Below, piece after piece: positions 15,193 to 25,073 of a DNA stretch of 32,224 nt (position 1 is its first letter; each line of letters starts with the position of its first letter). The notes beneath the pieces were generated by a model. The model ran no database searches. It was not told where the DNA came from and saw only the letters and a list, made by a program, of their open reading frames with translations. Origin of the DNA: Thermodesulfobacteriaceae bacterium. GTDB taxonomy: Bacteria > Desulfobacterota > Dissulfuribacteria > Dissulfuribacterales > UBA3076. The position numbers and the translations under genes are program-made. The stretch is from NCBI GenBank assembly GCA_012961845.1, contig DTYO01000281.1, positions 1 through 32,224 on the forward strand, in the 5' to 3' direction.

Positions 15193-16821
15193 ATGAGGCC
15201 CATCAAATCTGTATGGCTCATAACTCGTGAGTATCGGGGTTTTGCAGATGCAGGCGGAGTTAAGGATGTCAGCAGGGACCTTTCAGAGGCCTTGGCCGGG
15301 TCTGGATACAGTGTTACCGTTGTCATGCCTCTGTATGGTTTCATGGATCCGGAAACCTTGGGGCTTGAAAGCCTTGAACCTGTTTTCGAAGTGGATATGA
15401 ACTATTCGTCGGAAGAGAGGCGGGAACAGATCGGCTTCTGTTTCAGACAGCTGAACGGGGTCAGGCTGGTGCTTGTCCGGGCTGAAAGATTCAGCGAGAA
15501 AATGGGAGTTTATACCTACACTGAATCTGAAGAAATTCTAAACCCGGACCACAAGATGGGAACGGGCCACTACGACTATTTTGCCATGAACCTGCTGCTT
15601 CAGAAGGCGGCCCTGGGGTTTGCCGCATATACGGGAGAACGACCGGATGTTTTCCACTGCCAGGATGGACATGCCGCTCTTCTACCGGCCCTGATGAGAG
15701 AACTGGAGGGGTTCAGACAGTATTTCTCGGCATCCTCAGCCCTGGTCACCATTCACAATGCCGGGACAGGATACCACCAGGAAGTGGGAGATCTTGCATT
15801 TGCCCGGGCAGTTACCGGGCTGCCGCTGAGGGTGATCCTGTCCAATCTGCTGAACGGCGCCTTTGATCCACTTCTGGCAGGCGCCGCCTATGCAGTTGTT
15901 AACACAGTCAGTGAAAATTATGCCAAGGAGCTCCAGGAGACCGAACTGGATGCCTTGACCGGCTGGTTCGGACATGCCCTCAAAGACCGGGGTATAAGCC
16001 TCATGGGGATTACCAACGGAATCAATCCCGACGCATACGATCCTCGAAAGCCTGAGAAACTCGGACTTCCCGCTGCTTTCGATCCGGAACAGGGAGACCT
16101 CAGGGGAAAGACCGTATGCAGAAAGAGACTCTGCAGCATGAAGTTTCCTGCAGACAGGGATGGGGCAAGAAAATGCGGAAGACTCGATTTCAGACCGGAT
16201 CAGCCCCTGGTCACCGTGATCAGCAGGATAACCGAGCAGAAGGGGCTGGATGTCCTAGCCGTGGCTCTCGAGGAGCTGATGGCTGTTGACGATGAATTTC
16301 AGGTGGCATTGCTCGGCAGCGGCAACGAAGACATATCCCGGCAGTTGGCATGTCTGGCGGAGGATCCGGGATTCGACGGCAGGATGGCAGTATACGAAGG
16401 CTACGACCCTGTTCTGGCAAACTACATCTATGCTTCAGGGGATTTTTTCGTGGTCCCGTCTCGTTACGAACCATGCGGTCTGACTGATTTCATAGCTCAG
16501 CTCATGGGAAATGTTCCGGTGGTCCGGGCAACAGGTGGTCTGGTAAAGGTGAAAGACGGCTTCAACGGTTTCACCTACAGGGAGCATACTCCCGAGGCCC
16601 TTTCCGAGGCCTTGGTCCGGGCCTTGGAGGTTTACAGAAAACGGCCCGGGGTGCTGGGCGAAATCCGGGTGAACGCCATACGGAATATACGTAAGAATTA
16701 CACTTGGGACCGGGTAATGGAAAAATATGTCAGCCTGTACAGAAAGGCCATGGAGACCGTGCCAGGCCAGCGTGCAGTCATAGAGTCGGTGGGTATGGGC
16801 CGGTCCGGGATTGTTCGATGA
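15193..16821 (+). CDS. glgA: glycogen/starch synthase (GT5, GlgA-like)
   Basis: The N-terminus (MRPIKSVWLITREYRGFADAGGVKDV) and the C-terminal PSRYEPCGLTDFIAQLMGNVPVVRATGGL are typical of GlgA. The ORF track starts at a GTG at 15145, inside repeat R1. I chose the ATG at 15193 by homology to GlgA N-termini, and that choice is uncertain. Confidence 0.85.
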   Translation: MRPIKSVWLITREYRGFADAGGVKDVSRDLSEALAGSGYSVTVVMPLYGFMDPETLGLESLEPVFEVDMNYSSEERREQIGFCFRQLNGVRLVLVRAERFSEKMGVYTYTESEEILNPDHKMGTGHYDYFAMNLLLQKAALGFAAYTGERPDVFHCQDGHAALLPALMRELEGFRQYFSASSALVTIHNAGTGYHQEVGDLAFARAVTGLPLRVILSNLLNGAFDPLLAGAAYAVVNTVSENYAKELQETELDALTGWFGHALKDRGISLMGITNGINPDAYDPRKPEKLGLPAAFDPEQGDLRGKTVCRKRLCSMKFPADRDGARKCGRLDFRPDQPLVTVISRITEQKGLDVLAVALEELMAVDDEFQVALLGSGNEDISRQLACLAEDPGFDGRMAVYEGYDPVLANYIYASGDFFVVPSRYEPCGLTDFIAQLMGNVPVVRATGGLVKVKDGFNGFTYREHTPEALSEALVRALEVYRKRPGVLGEIRVNAIRNIRKNYTWDRVMEKYVSLYRKAMETVPGQRAVIESVGMGRSGIVR

Positions 16822-16847
16822 GTCGGCATGATGACCGCCTCACAGGC

Positions 16848-16883
16848 TTTTATCCCGGATTGTATCGCGAGTTTGCAGAATGC
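16848..16883 (-). repeat. solo terminal fragment of repeat family 1
   Basis: cgcgagtttgcagaa (16866-16880) is an exact 15-nt match to the reverse complement of 5653-5667. The adjacent cccggattgtatcg resembles the family 1 terminus cccgtattattcgg. Confidence 0.5.
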
Positions 16884-16920
16884 TCGATGTGTGGCCGCGG
16901 ATGCGCAGGTGCTGATTCTT

Positions 16921-17496
16921 TCAGGTTTTGATCTTTTTCAGAAGCCAGGCCATGTTGCGGCCCAGTGTCATCATTGTCTGTACTGCTTCTTCATCTCTCC
17001 TGATGTCTCCGGGTTCTTTTCCAAAGCCAAGATTCCAGTAACTTGATCCAGGTACGATCATCTGTGCAATGAAGAAAAAATAATTGATTGAACTGAAGAC
17101 ATGTGTGGCGCCGGCCCTGCGCTGCGCCACGACCGCAGCTCCCACCTTGCGCCTGAACATGTCGTTGTTGGCCCTGGCCACCATGCCTGTCCTCTCGATA
17201 AGGGCCTTCATGCCTGCGGATACATCTGAAAAATAGGAAGGCGATCCCAGAAGGATACCGTCTGCTTCCAGCATTTTTTCCAAGGCATCATTGATGAGGT
17301 CGCCCTCTACCGCACAGCGCTGGTCTTTATTCTTGAAACACTTGTAGCACGCTGTGCATCCAGGGATGTTCTCCCCTGAAAGCTGGATCAACTCCGTGTC
17401 TATGCCGCGGTCCTGCAGTTCTTCCAGGACCAGTTTAAGCATGATGGCCGTATTTCCGCCGTTCCTCGCACTTCCGTTGAAAGCCGTCACCTTCAT
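16921..17496 (-). CDS. iron-sulfur flavoprotein / NADPH-dependent FMN reductase family (Isf-like)
   Basis: 191-aa flavodoxin-fold protein (MKVTAFNGSARNGGNT). It has the compact Cys motif C-x2-C-x2-C-x7-C (CTACYKCFKNKDQRC) typical of Isf. There is a GGAGGA RBS. Confidence 0.8.
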   Translation of the reverse strand: MKVTAFNGSARNGGNTAIMLKLVLEELQDRGIDTELIQLSGENIPGCTACYKCFKNKDQRCAVEGDLINDALEKMLEADGILLGSPSYFSDVSAGMKALIERTGMVARANNDMFRRKVGAAVVAQRRAGATHVFSSINYFFFIAQMIVPGSSYWNLGFGKEPGDIRRDEEAVQTMMTLGRNMAWLLKKIKT

Positions 17497-17567
17497 TTGA
17501 TTGTCCTCCGTGTGATGTTGCAGCCAGTACCTGCCGGAAACGGTCTTTCTGCCCTATTTCAGCGTTT

Positions 17568-18530
17568 TTATGAACAGGCACGGGTCAGTTTTTCAATTAC
17601 GTTGATCATGTCTTCAGGCAGTCTGCTTTTCCACTTCATCCGCTGCCCTGAAACGGGATGTGTGAATTCAAGAAAGACAGAATGGAGCATCTGCCTGGGT
17701 ATGGTGACGGCCCTGTCTGCAAGCCTTACCTGCCCTGGGCCGCCGTAGAGTGCATCACCAAGCAGGGGATGCCCGACCGAGCTCATGTGGACCCGGATCT
17801 GATGAGTGCGGCCGGTATGAATCTTCAGAGATACTAGAGTGGTGCCCGGGAATTCCTTTATTACCCTCCAGTCTGTCAGAGCGCGTTTTCCAGAATCAAT
17901 ACCTGCGGACATCTTTATGCGATGTACAGGATGGCGGCCTATGGGCCTATCGATCCGGCCTGTCAAGTCTGGAAGTCTGCCCCTGACAAGAGCATTATAT
18001 TCCTTGATGACCGATCCTGCCTTGAACTCTTCTGCCAGCCCGGTATGAGCAGCATCGTTTTTGGCAGCCACCATGAGGCCGGAAGTGTCCTTGTCGAGCC
18101 GGTGCACTATTCCCGGCCTCAGACAGCCTCCTATACCGGACAGGTCCTGACAGTGGTGGAGCAGACCGTGAACCAGAGTATGCTCAAAATTGCCCGCTCC
18201 GGGATGCACCACAAGGCCTGGCGGCTTATCAAGCACTATCAGGTGTCTGTCTTCGTGTATTATGTTCAGAGGCATGGGAACCGGAACTATAGTGAGTGAT
18301 CTGGGCGGCGGTATGCGGACGGTAACGGAGTCGCCATATCTCACCCGGCGGCTCGAAACAGTGATTCCGCTACTATTTATACTGACATTGCCTCCGGTGA
18401 TCAGCCGCTGGACCTGTGAGCGGGATAGGCCCAGGTCGTTTGCAACTATGAATTTGTCTAGTCGTTCGCCGGAGAATTCCTTACTGACTTCCATGTGGAA
18501 GTCTTTGGCTGGTTCCTGCCTGTCCATCAA
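17568..18530 (-). CDS. rluD: 23S rRNA pseudouridine synthase, RluD subfamily
   Basis: It has an S4 domain (GERLDKFI...LSRSQVQRLI), the catalytic HRLDKDTSG motif and the RluA-family C-terminal motifs (GRTHQIRVH). The start could instead be the internal ATG at 18494. Confidence 0.9.
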   Translation of the reverse strand: MMDRQEPAKDFHMEVSKEFSGERLDKFIVANDLGLSRSQVQRLITGGNVSINSSGITVSSRRVRYGDSVTVRIPPPRSLTIVPVPMPLNIIHEDRHLIVLDKPPGLVVHPGAGNFEHTLVHGLLHHCQDLSGIGGCLRPGIVHRLDKDTSGLMVAAKNDAAHTGLAEEFKAGSVIKEYNALVRGRLPDLTGRIDRPIGRHPVHRIKMSAGIDSGKRALTDWRVIKEFPGTTLVSLKIHTGRTHQIRVHMSSVGHPLLGDALYGGPGQVRLADRAVTIPRQMLHSVFLEFTHPVSGQRMKWKSRLPEDMINVIEKLTRACS

Positions 18531-18766
18531 TCCGGATTGTACGTTTCAAAAACCAAACAAAAGCTGAGTGAAATAGAGGTTTTGATACCCGATATCTCCG
18601 TAGTGAGGAAAGAAATGATGATGAGATTGTCAGATGTGTGGCTGAGGCTGTTTGCCGGGGTGTCTCGATTCGAAACAGAATTTATCATCTCCGGTCAGGC
18701 TCCGGTGTGGTACATTTTGGCAGCTTGCCCTGTGAAAGGTTTTCATGAGGTATTGGATGCAGGCTC

Positions 18767-19279
18767 CTAAATCTCGAAGTTTGTCACATGACTGTCGGTT
18801 ATTCCAAAGATGGATGCTATGCCCTCTGCTATCTCCTCTTCCTTTTTTTCCTTTGCTATGGACAGCTCCTTGATAAGGAGATTCCTGGCGGTTTCCAGCA
18901 TTTTCCTCTCGCCAAATGAAAGAGGCTTGTCCGCCTGAAGAATGTACAGGTCTCTCAAAACAGAGGCCAGATCAAAGATGGATCCGGTCTTGATCTTGTC
19001 CATGTATTCGCGATACCGCCGGTTCCAGGTCTGAGGAGTAAACTTGACGTCTTTTTCTTGAAGGATGGCATATACCTGTTCCACTTCCTTGTCTGATATG
19101 ATGTTTCGGAGCCCAACGTTTTCGGCGTTGTTCTTGGGGATCATGATCTTCATGTCATTGTCGAGGATACGCATTACATAAAAGGTATGTTCGGTCCCTG
19201 CTATTGATTTTTCTTCAATAGATTCGATAATTCCAACTCCGTGTGCCGGATAAACCGCCAGATCGCCTGTGCTGAACAT
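18767..19279 (-). CDS. carD: CarD/CdnL family RNA polymerase-binding transcription factor
   Basis: 170 aa with an N-terminal CarD_TRCF domain (FSTGDLAVYPAHGVGIIESIEEK...FYVMRI). There is a GGGAGGA RBS. Confidence 0.9.
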   Translation of the reverse strand: MFSTGDLAVYPAHGVGIIESIEEKSIAGTEHTFYVMRILDNDMKIMIPKNNAENVGLRNIISDKEVEQVYAILQEKDVKFTPQTWNRRYREYMDKIKTGSIFDLASVLRDLYILQADKPLSFGERKMLETARNLLIKELSIAKEKKEEEIAEGIASIFGITDSHVTNFEI

Positions 19280-19659
19280 TCTGTTCCTCCCGAAAATGAA
19301 TGCAAACTCTGAAAATGTATTCGTCGGACAAACATTAACCCCGCTATAATAACATATTCATATGCTTTTTGGAATATCAGACACGCGCACAGGCTCAAAA
19401 AAGGTCTGTCCGTATGGCCCGGCAACTGCTGGGTGGAGGGCAGAGGGGGTGCAGGAAACATGCTTTCATGCGGTCAGCAGACGCAGTTCATCGGATCACG
19501 CAGGGCACATGTGTTTTTGTCTGTGGTGAATCAGAAAAAGGTGCCTTGCCGATTGCTCAACAGTTCTCCTTGGCATAGTATATGGGGTGACCATGATTTG
19601 ATGTCTGACTTCATAATATGTACGGACTTCAGCTGTACCAGTGAAAGGAAATTTTACCG

Positions 19660-22600
19660 ATGCCCATGAAAACAATTGTCCAGGAAAAGGACGCCTGTGC
19701 TATCATCGCACTGGTGGACAAGAGGGGGCAGAGCACCCATGCCAATATTGTCAGGACCATCGATGCGCTAAGGAAGATGGGACACCGTTCAGGAGACATC
19801 AACGGAGAAGGTGATGGTTGCGGCATTCTCACAGATATACCTAGGGATGTCTGGGCCAGACGTCTGGCAGGGCACGGGATGAGCCCTTATCTTGCTGAGA
19901 GCAGGGGGTTTTTCATAGGGCATTTGCTTGTTCCGGGCAGCATGCAGGGCCAATATGAAGACGTAATGGAGAAGATCCGGGGCACCTTCAGACAGAGGGG
20001 GTTCGATATTCTCATGGAGCTCAAGGGCATGAGCAGAAACGAAGTGCTCGGACCGAGAGCCAGGGAAGAGGCACCCTTGTTCTGGCAGGTGGCCGGAATG
20101 ATTTCAGGCGAAACACGCGGGAGCGCCCGGCAGAAGCTGTTCAGGCTCCAGCTTGACATCGAAGGGATGTTCCATGACGTGCACATAGCATCCCTCAGCC
20201 TGGATTCAGCAGTCTATAAACTCAGAGGCATCCCTGAATTCCTGCCCAGGGTGTACCCTGAGCTCCTCGATGAGGAAAGCAGATCGATAATTACCTTGGG
20301 ACACAGCCGCTATTCCACAAATACCCTGCCTACGGTGGAACGGGCCCAGCCTTTTTCCATACTCGGACACAACGGGGAAGTGAACACGATAGAACGTCTG
20401 AGAAGTACGGGCAGGATCCTGGGTATCAGGCCTGTCCCGGGCGGAAGTGATTCTCAGGACCTCAACAGGATACTTGAAGGGCTTGTCAACATATACGGCC
20501 TGGAACCGATGGAGGCTCTGGAGATGGTGTTTCCTGCTGTTTATACCGAGGTGGAACATTATCAGGAGGAACTCAGGGATCTCTATGCATTCTACAGGTG
20601 GTTCTTTCCCAGTTCTGCCCAGGGCCCGGTGGCAGTGGTGGCACGGGTGGGCGACATATGCATGGGCAGTGTGGATGCCCTGGGTCTCAGGCCTCTCTGG
20701 TTTGGAGAGAGCGACGATGAATATTTCCTGTCTTCTGAGAAGGGGGTGGTGGATCTGAAGAATACGCTTTCAGATCCGAGACCCCTTGCTCCAGGGGAAA
20801 AGATTGCCATAAACGCCGGCTTCGGTAGGCCTGCCTACGTGCTTGATTACGGCAGGATACAGGCAAAGCTTCTGAGTCTCATGGAACTCAGGGGCGGCTA
20901 CAGAAAGACGGTGAGATCACTTTACAGCACCCTGCCCGATTACGCCTTAGGTCAGGAAGGGTCTGAAGGAGGGAACACAGGCTCTCAGGACCGTCTTTTC
21001 CGGTTCAGATGCCATGCCATCACTGAAAATATACTGAAGGCGTTCGGATGGCAGAAATATGATCTTACCATAAGGAAGAAGGTGGCAATGCACGGGAGAC
21101 CGGTCATAGGTTCAATGGGGCACCAGGGGCCTCTTGCCTTTTTTGTTCCTGATGCCCTTCCGAATATAGCGGAATATTTCAAGGAAAATGTTGCCGTTGT
21201 GACAAATCCGGCTATAGATCGTGAACGAGAGGCCGAACATTTTACCACAAGAGTGATACTGGGCGACAGACCCAATATTTCGTCCGAGAAGATCCCGTCT
21301 CCGGTGGGGCTTGAGCTGAAATCTCCCCTGTTGCTGGATTCCTTCAGTCTGGAGTCTACCGTGGACAGCGAAAAATGCAGGAAGGTTGCCGGGGATTTCG
21401 GTGTCTTTCTGCTGGAAAACGTAATCGATTTTTTCACTGCCCATCACCATGATCAGGGCAGGGTGTGCGTGTTGGATGCCACCTTCAAGCCCGACGAGGG
21501 GCTGGAGGCGGGGCTGAAATGCCTCTGTGCTGGGGCCGGGGAGGCGGTTGCAAAGGGTTCCGTGTTGCTGGTGCTGGATGATTCCCTCAGTTTTGATGAC
21601 GGCAGGGTCTTCATTGATCCTGCACTTGCCGTGACACGGATCAGTACGTGTCTTGAAAAGGCGGGGCTCAGACGTGAATGCAGTATAATAGTCAGGTCTG
21701 CCGCAGTAAGGAATCTGCACGATTTTATGTTGCTCCTGGGGTTGGGCGCCGACGCCATAAATCCGTATCTTTTTTTCAGGGTGGCATGTGACCTGGAAGA
21801 CGAAAAACATCCTGCAGACCGGATCCTGCTCAACACCTTGGATGTGCTGCAGAAAGGTATGGAGAAAGTCATGTCCACCATGGGCATACATGAACTGTGC
21901 GGTTACGGCCGCATTTTTTCCTCTATCGGACTTTCCCGCGAACTTGAGAAAATCTTCAGGGTACCGAATTTCTGCGGTTCGGACAGGGCGGGGCTCAGTT
22001 TCCGGGTGCTGGAGGAAATGGGCAGGAAGAGATATGCCGTGGCAGGCTCCGAGAATGAGGAAAAGGTGTATACCGAGCCCAGGCGTAATCCTGTGATAGG
22101 CAGGGTCCTCAGGAGTGCTGCGCTTGGGAAGAAGGGTTATCTGGAAATGGCCCAGGCCTTGGAAAAGATCGATTCGGAAAATCCGATTGCCATACGGCAT
22201 ACCCTGGGCTTTCGGAGTGTATCTCAGAAGAAGCGGCTTGCAATGGATGATGTGGACATATCGGTCGGAGGGCACAGTATGCCTGTGATTATTGCGGCCA
22301 TGTCGTTCGGCTCCCAGGGCGAGAGTTCATTCAGGGCCTATGCGGAAGCTGCCAGAAAGGTAAATATAATCTGCATCAACGGAGAAGGCGGTGAGATACC
22401 TGACATGCTGGGGAAGTATCGCAGGAACCGCTGCCAGCAGATAGCGTCAGGCCGTTTCGGTGTTTACATGGGCCTGCTCAATTCGTCGGATTTTCTTGAA
22501 ATTAAGATAGGCCAAGGGGCCAAGCCTGGCGAGGGAGGCCATCTACCTGGATCCAAGGTGTCGGAAGCTGTAGCCAGGGCCAGGCACTGCAAGCCGGGAA

Positions 22601-24234
22601 TAACCCTGATTTCTCCTTCAAATCAGCACGACATCTACTCCATAGAAGACTTGGCCCAGATCATCACGGAACTCAAGACGGCAAATCCTGAAGCGCGGAT
22701 ATCTGTAAAGGTGCCTGTAACCAGCGGCGTTGGAACCATAGCAGTTGGGATCGCCAAGGCAGGCGCCGACATAGTAAATCTGAGTGGATTCGAAGGGGGG
22801 ACCGGTGCGGCCCGGGAACATGCAAAACGCTATGTGGGGCTTCCTGTTGAAATAGGTGTAAGCCAGGCCCACAGGGCCCTGGTGGAATCAGGCCTGAGAA
22901 ACCAGGTGGAAATCTGGTGCGACGGGGGTATGCGCAGCGGAGCAGATGTGCTGAAGATGATTCTTCTGGGCGCAAACAGGGCAGGACTGGGGACAGTAGC
23001 TCTCATGGGTGTGGGTTGTATCAGCTGTCAGCGTTGTCATCTGGACAGCTGTCCCAGGGGGATCTCGACCCAGCTCAGGACCAGGAAAGACGCAGCTGCT
23101 AGGGGAGTAAAGGGTTTTTCTCCCCGGCACATGGAGATAGAAGCGGAAAACCTGGCCAGGCTGCTGAGAGCTATAGGGGACGAGATCAGGAGTCGTCTCG
23201 CCTCCCTCGGACAGCGGCGGCTCCAGGATCTGGTCGGCCGAACCGATCTCCTGGTTCAGGAAACAATGGGAGACGATATTGATGCAGGAGACGTTCTGAA
23301 ACCGCCTGAAGTCACAGTTGAATCCAGTCAGGCCCCTGACGCGCAGGTACTTCGGAAACCCTTGAACTATCTCACCAGACTCATCTCCGACCTGTCCATG
23401 GAGCGGTTCGCAGGAGGCCGGTCTGTGGTTGATTTCGCCGAGGATGCTGTGACTAGTATGGACAGGTCGGTAGGGACATACCTTGCAGGTGCCATGACCC
23501 GGAAATATGGTGCGTCATCACCGGGTCATACTGCCAACATCAGGCTTAACTTCTCGGTTCCTGGAAACGGTCTGTGTGCATTCAATGTCCCGGCTATCAA
23601 TACTACTGTCACCGGAGGTTCCCAAGACGGGGCTGCCAAGGGCAGCTTCGGTGGCTACATGGCAGTGCTGAAGGGACTCAACCTCAAAGGCTCAAGGGTC
23701 GACGGTTCCACGGGAAAGAGCTTTGCCTATGGTGCAATCGGCGGGACGTTCATAGTGCAGAATATGGCGGATTCCAGGGCGTGTATCCGTATGTCCGGAG
23801 CAGATGTCGTCTTCGGCGGCAGGATTACTTTTCCTGTCAGGGACAGCGAAGGCAATATAGCCACAAGAGCCCACCTGAAGGGGTTTGCATTCGAGTACAT
23901 GACAGGCGGCAGGGCTGTTGTGCTGGGTGACCCAGGCCCGTGGATGTGTGCTGGAATGACCGGGGGAGTCATATTCCAGTGCCTGTATCCTGAATTTGGC
24001 TTTGACAGAAATGCCGTGAGGAGGCGTCTGTCTGTCGGGGCAAATGTGAGTATAAAGGCAATAGACGATACAGGGGTTAAAGAGGTAGAGAGACTTCTGG
24101 GATTTTATGTTCAGGAGTTGAGAAATAGTTTTCAGGCCGAAGAGGCTGACGCTGTTTCTGAAATCACGGCCCATGCAAAAGAGCGGTTCGTTATGATAGT
24201 TCCCCGGCCGATGAGGCCCTCTTCCGCCGGTTGA
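19660..24234 (+). CDS. gltB: glutamate synthase large-subunit-type protein (Ntn amidotransferase, central, FMN and GXGXG domains), stand-alone
   Basis: 1524 aa. The Ntn-type Cys lies after a 12-residue leader (…EKDA/CAIIALV). An FMN domain is present (GEGGEIP, IKIGQGAKPGEGGHLPG, ISPSNQHDIYSIEDL). A Cys cluster GCISCQRCHLDSCP is present. The C-terminal beta-helix domain carries GXGXG-type repeats. No gltD-like gene is adjacent. Confidence 0.93.
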   Translation: MPMKTIVQEKDACAIIALVDKRGQSTHANIVRTIDALRKMGHRSGDINGEGDGCGILTDIPRDVWARRLAGHGMSPYLAESRGFFIGHLLVPGSMQGQYEDVMEKIRGTFRQRGFDILMELKGMSRNEVLGPRAREEAPLFWQVAGMISGETRGSARQKLFRLQLDIEGMFHDVHIASLSLDSAVYKLRGIPEFLPRVYPELLDEESRSIITLGHSRYSTNTLPTVERAQPFSILGHNGEVNTIERLRSTGRILGIRPVPGGSDSQDLNRILEGLVNIYGLEPMEALEMVFPAVYTEVEHYQEELRDLYAFYRWFFPSSAQGPVAVVARVGDICMGSVDALGLRPLWFGESDDEYFLSSEKGVVDLKNTLSDPRPLAPGEKIAINAGFGRPAYVLDYGRIQAKLLSLMELRGGYRKTVRSLYSTLPDYALGQEGSEGGNTGSQDRLFRFRCHAITENILKAFGWQKYDLTIRKKVAMHGRPVIGSMGHQGPLAFFVPDALPNIAEYFKENVAVVTNPAIDREREAEHFTTRVILGDRPNISSEKIPSPVGLELKSPLLLDSFSLESTVDSEKCRKVAGDFGVFLLENVIDFFTAHHHDQGRVCVLDATFKPDEGLEAGLKCLCAGAGEAVAKGSVLLVLDDSLSFDDGRVFIDPALAVTRISTCLEKAGLRRECSIIVRSAAVRNLHDFMLLLGLGADAINPYLFFRVACDLEDEKHPADRILLNTLDVLQKGMEKVMSTMGIHELCGYGRIFSSIGLSRELEKIFRVPNFCGSDRAGLSFRVLEEMGRKRYAVAGSENEEKVYTEPRRNPVIGRVLRSAALGKKGYLEMAQALEKIDSENPIAIRHTLGFRSVSQKKRLAMDDVDISVGGHSMPVIIAAMSFGSQGESSFRAYAEAARKVNIICINGEGGEIPDMLGKYRRNRCQQIASGRFGVYMGLLNSSDFLEIKIGQGAKPGEGGHLPGSKVSEAVARARHCKPGITLISPSNQHDIYSIEDLAQIITELKTANPEARISVKVPVTSGVGTIAVGIAKAGADIVNLSGFEGGTGAAREHAKRYVGLPVEIGVSQAHRALVESGLRNQVEIWCDGGMRSGADVLKMILLGANRAGLGTVALMGVGCISCQRCHLDSCPRGISTQLRTRKDAAARGVKGFSPRHMEIEAENLARLLRAIGDEIRSRLASLGQRRLQDLVGRTDLLVQETMGDDIDAGDVLKPPEVTVESSQAPDAQVLRKPLNYLTRLISDLSMERFAGGRSVVDFAEDAVTSMDRSVGTYLAGAMTRKYGASSPGHTANIRLNFSVPGNGLCAFNVPAINTTVTGGSQDGAAKGSFGGYMAVLKGLNLKGSRVDGSTGKSFAYGAIGGTFIVQNMADSRACIRMSGADVVFGGRITFPVRDSEGNIATRAHLKGFAFEYMTGGRAVVLGDPGPWMCAGMTGGVIFQCLYPEFGFDRNAVRRRLSVGANVSIKAIDDTGVKEVERLLGFYVQELRNSFQAEEADAVSEITAHAKERFVMIVPRPMRPSSAG

Positions 24235-24290
24235 GGCCGGGCGGAATGCGGTATACTGGATGACCTGATTGTTCCCAGGATAAATTCACC

Positions 24291-25049
24291 ATGTCCAATC
24301 TGATACTGATGCCCGTCGTATTTTTCATCTCCTTGGTGCTCACCATGGTGGGGCTTGGTGGCGGGCTGATTTTTGCTCCCCTTTTCGTGGTTCTGGATTT
24401 TGATGTGGGAATGGCCGTGTCCACTTCTCTTTTTCTGAACGGTATTGCTGCTGTGGGGGCCGCAATCACATATCTCCGGAAAAAAATGGTGGACTTCAGG
24501 ATGGCCCTGCCTCTTTTGATTACTTCCTCTCTTTCAGCTCCGGCCGGGGCCTTTGCTGTGTCCGGTACAGACCGCCGGTTTTTTCTCGCAGTCCTCGCAG
24601 GCATCGTGTTCGTTGCAGCCGTACGGATGCTCTTTTCAAAAAGACCCCAAGCTGAAATCCGGGAGGTCGGTGCTGTCTGGAGGGTTGCCGGCGGTACTAT
24701 TATCGGCTTGATGATCGGTCTGATAGCAGGTTTTCTGGGCATAGGAGGCGGGGTGTTCATAGTTCCCCTGCTGATCTATCTGCTCAGGGTGCCGGCAAAG
24801 ACAGCTGCGGCCACATCGATTTTCATTGTGGTTTTTTCATCTTTTGCAGGTTTTTTAGGCCATGTTTCGGTTGATGATGTGGATTGGAGGTTTCTCTCCA
24901 TGGCTGCGCTGTTTTCTTTCGCAGGCGGGCAGATGGGGTCCAGGATAATGGTGAAAAAGCTGCAGGGCGCCGCTATAAAGCGGGTTTTCGGGTTGGTGCT
25001 GCTGTTCTTCTGCCTCAAACTGCTGCACAAGATGTGGATTCAGATGTAA
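24291..25049 (+). CDS. TauE/SafE family sulfite/anion exporter permease
   Basis: 252-aa membrane protein with duplicated glycine-rich motifs (VGLGGGLIFAPLF and LGIGGGVFIVPLL). Confidence 0.85.
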   Translation: MSNLILMPVVFFISLVLTMVGLGGGLIFAPLFVVLDFDVGMAVSTSLFLNGIAAVGAAITYLRKKMVDFRMALPLLITSSLSAPAGAFAVSGTDRRFFLAVLAGIVFVAAVRMLFSKRPQAEIREVGAVWRVAGGTIIGLMIGLIAGFLGIGGGVFIVPLLIYLLRVPAKTAAATSIFIVVFSSFAGFLGHVSVDDVDWRFLSMAALFSFAGGQMGSRIMVKKLQGAAIKRVFGLVLLFFCLKLLHKMWIQM

Positions 25050-25073
25050 CTGGGCGGGACTGGTGATTCATTT

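Noticed and set aside
19280-19659. A sigma54 promoter (TGGCAC-N5-TTGC) or a glutamine-type riboswitch in the 380-bp region upstream of gltB.
   Set aside because: The candidate GG/GC elements (ggtgccttgccgattgct, ttggcatagtatatgg) have the wrong spacing. I could not recognise any riboswitch consensus by eye. A covariance-model search is needed before any claim.
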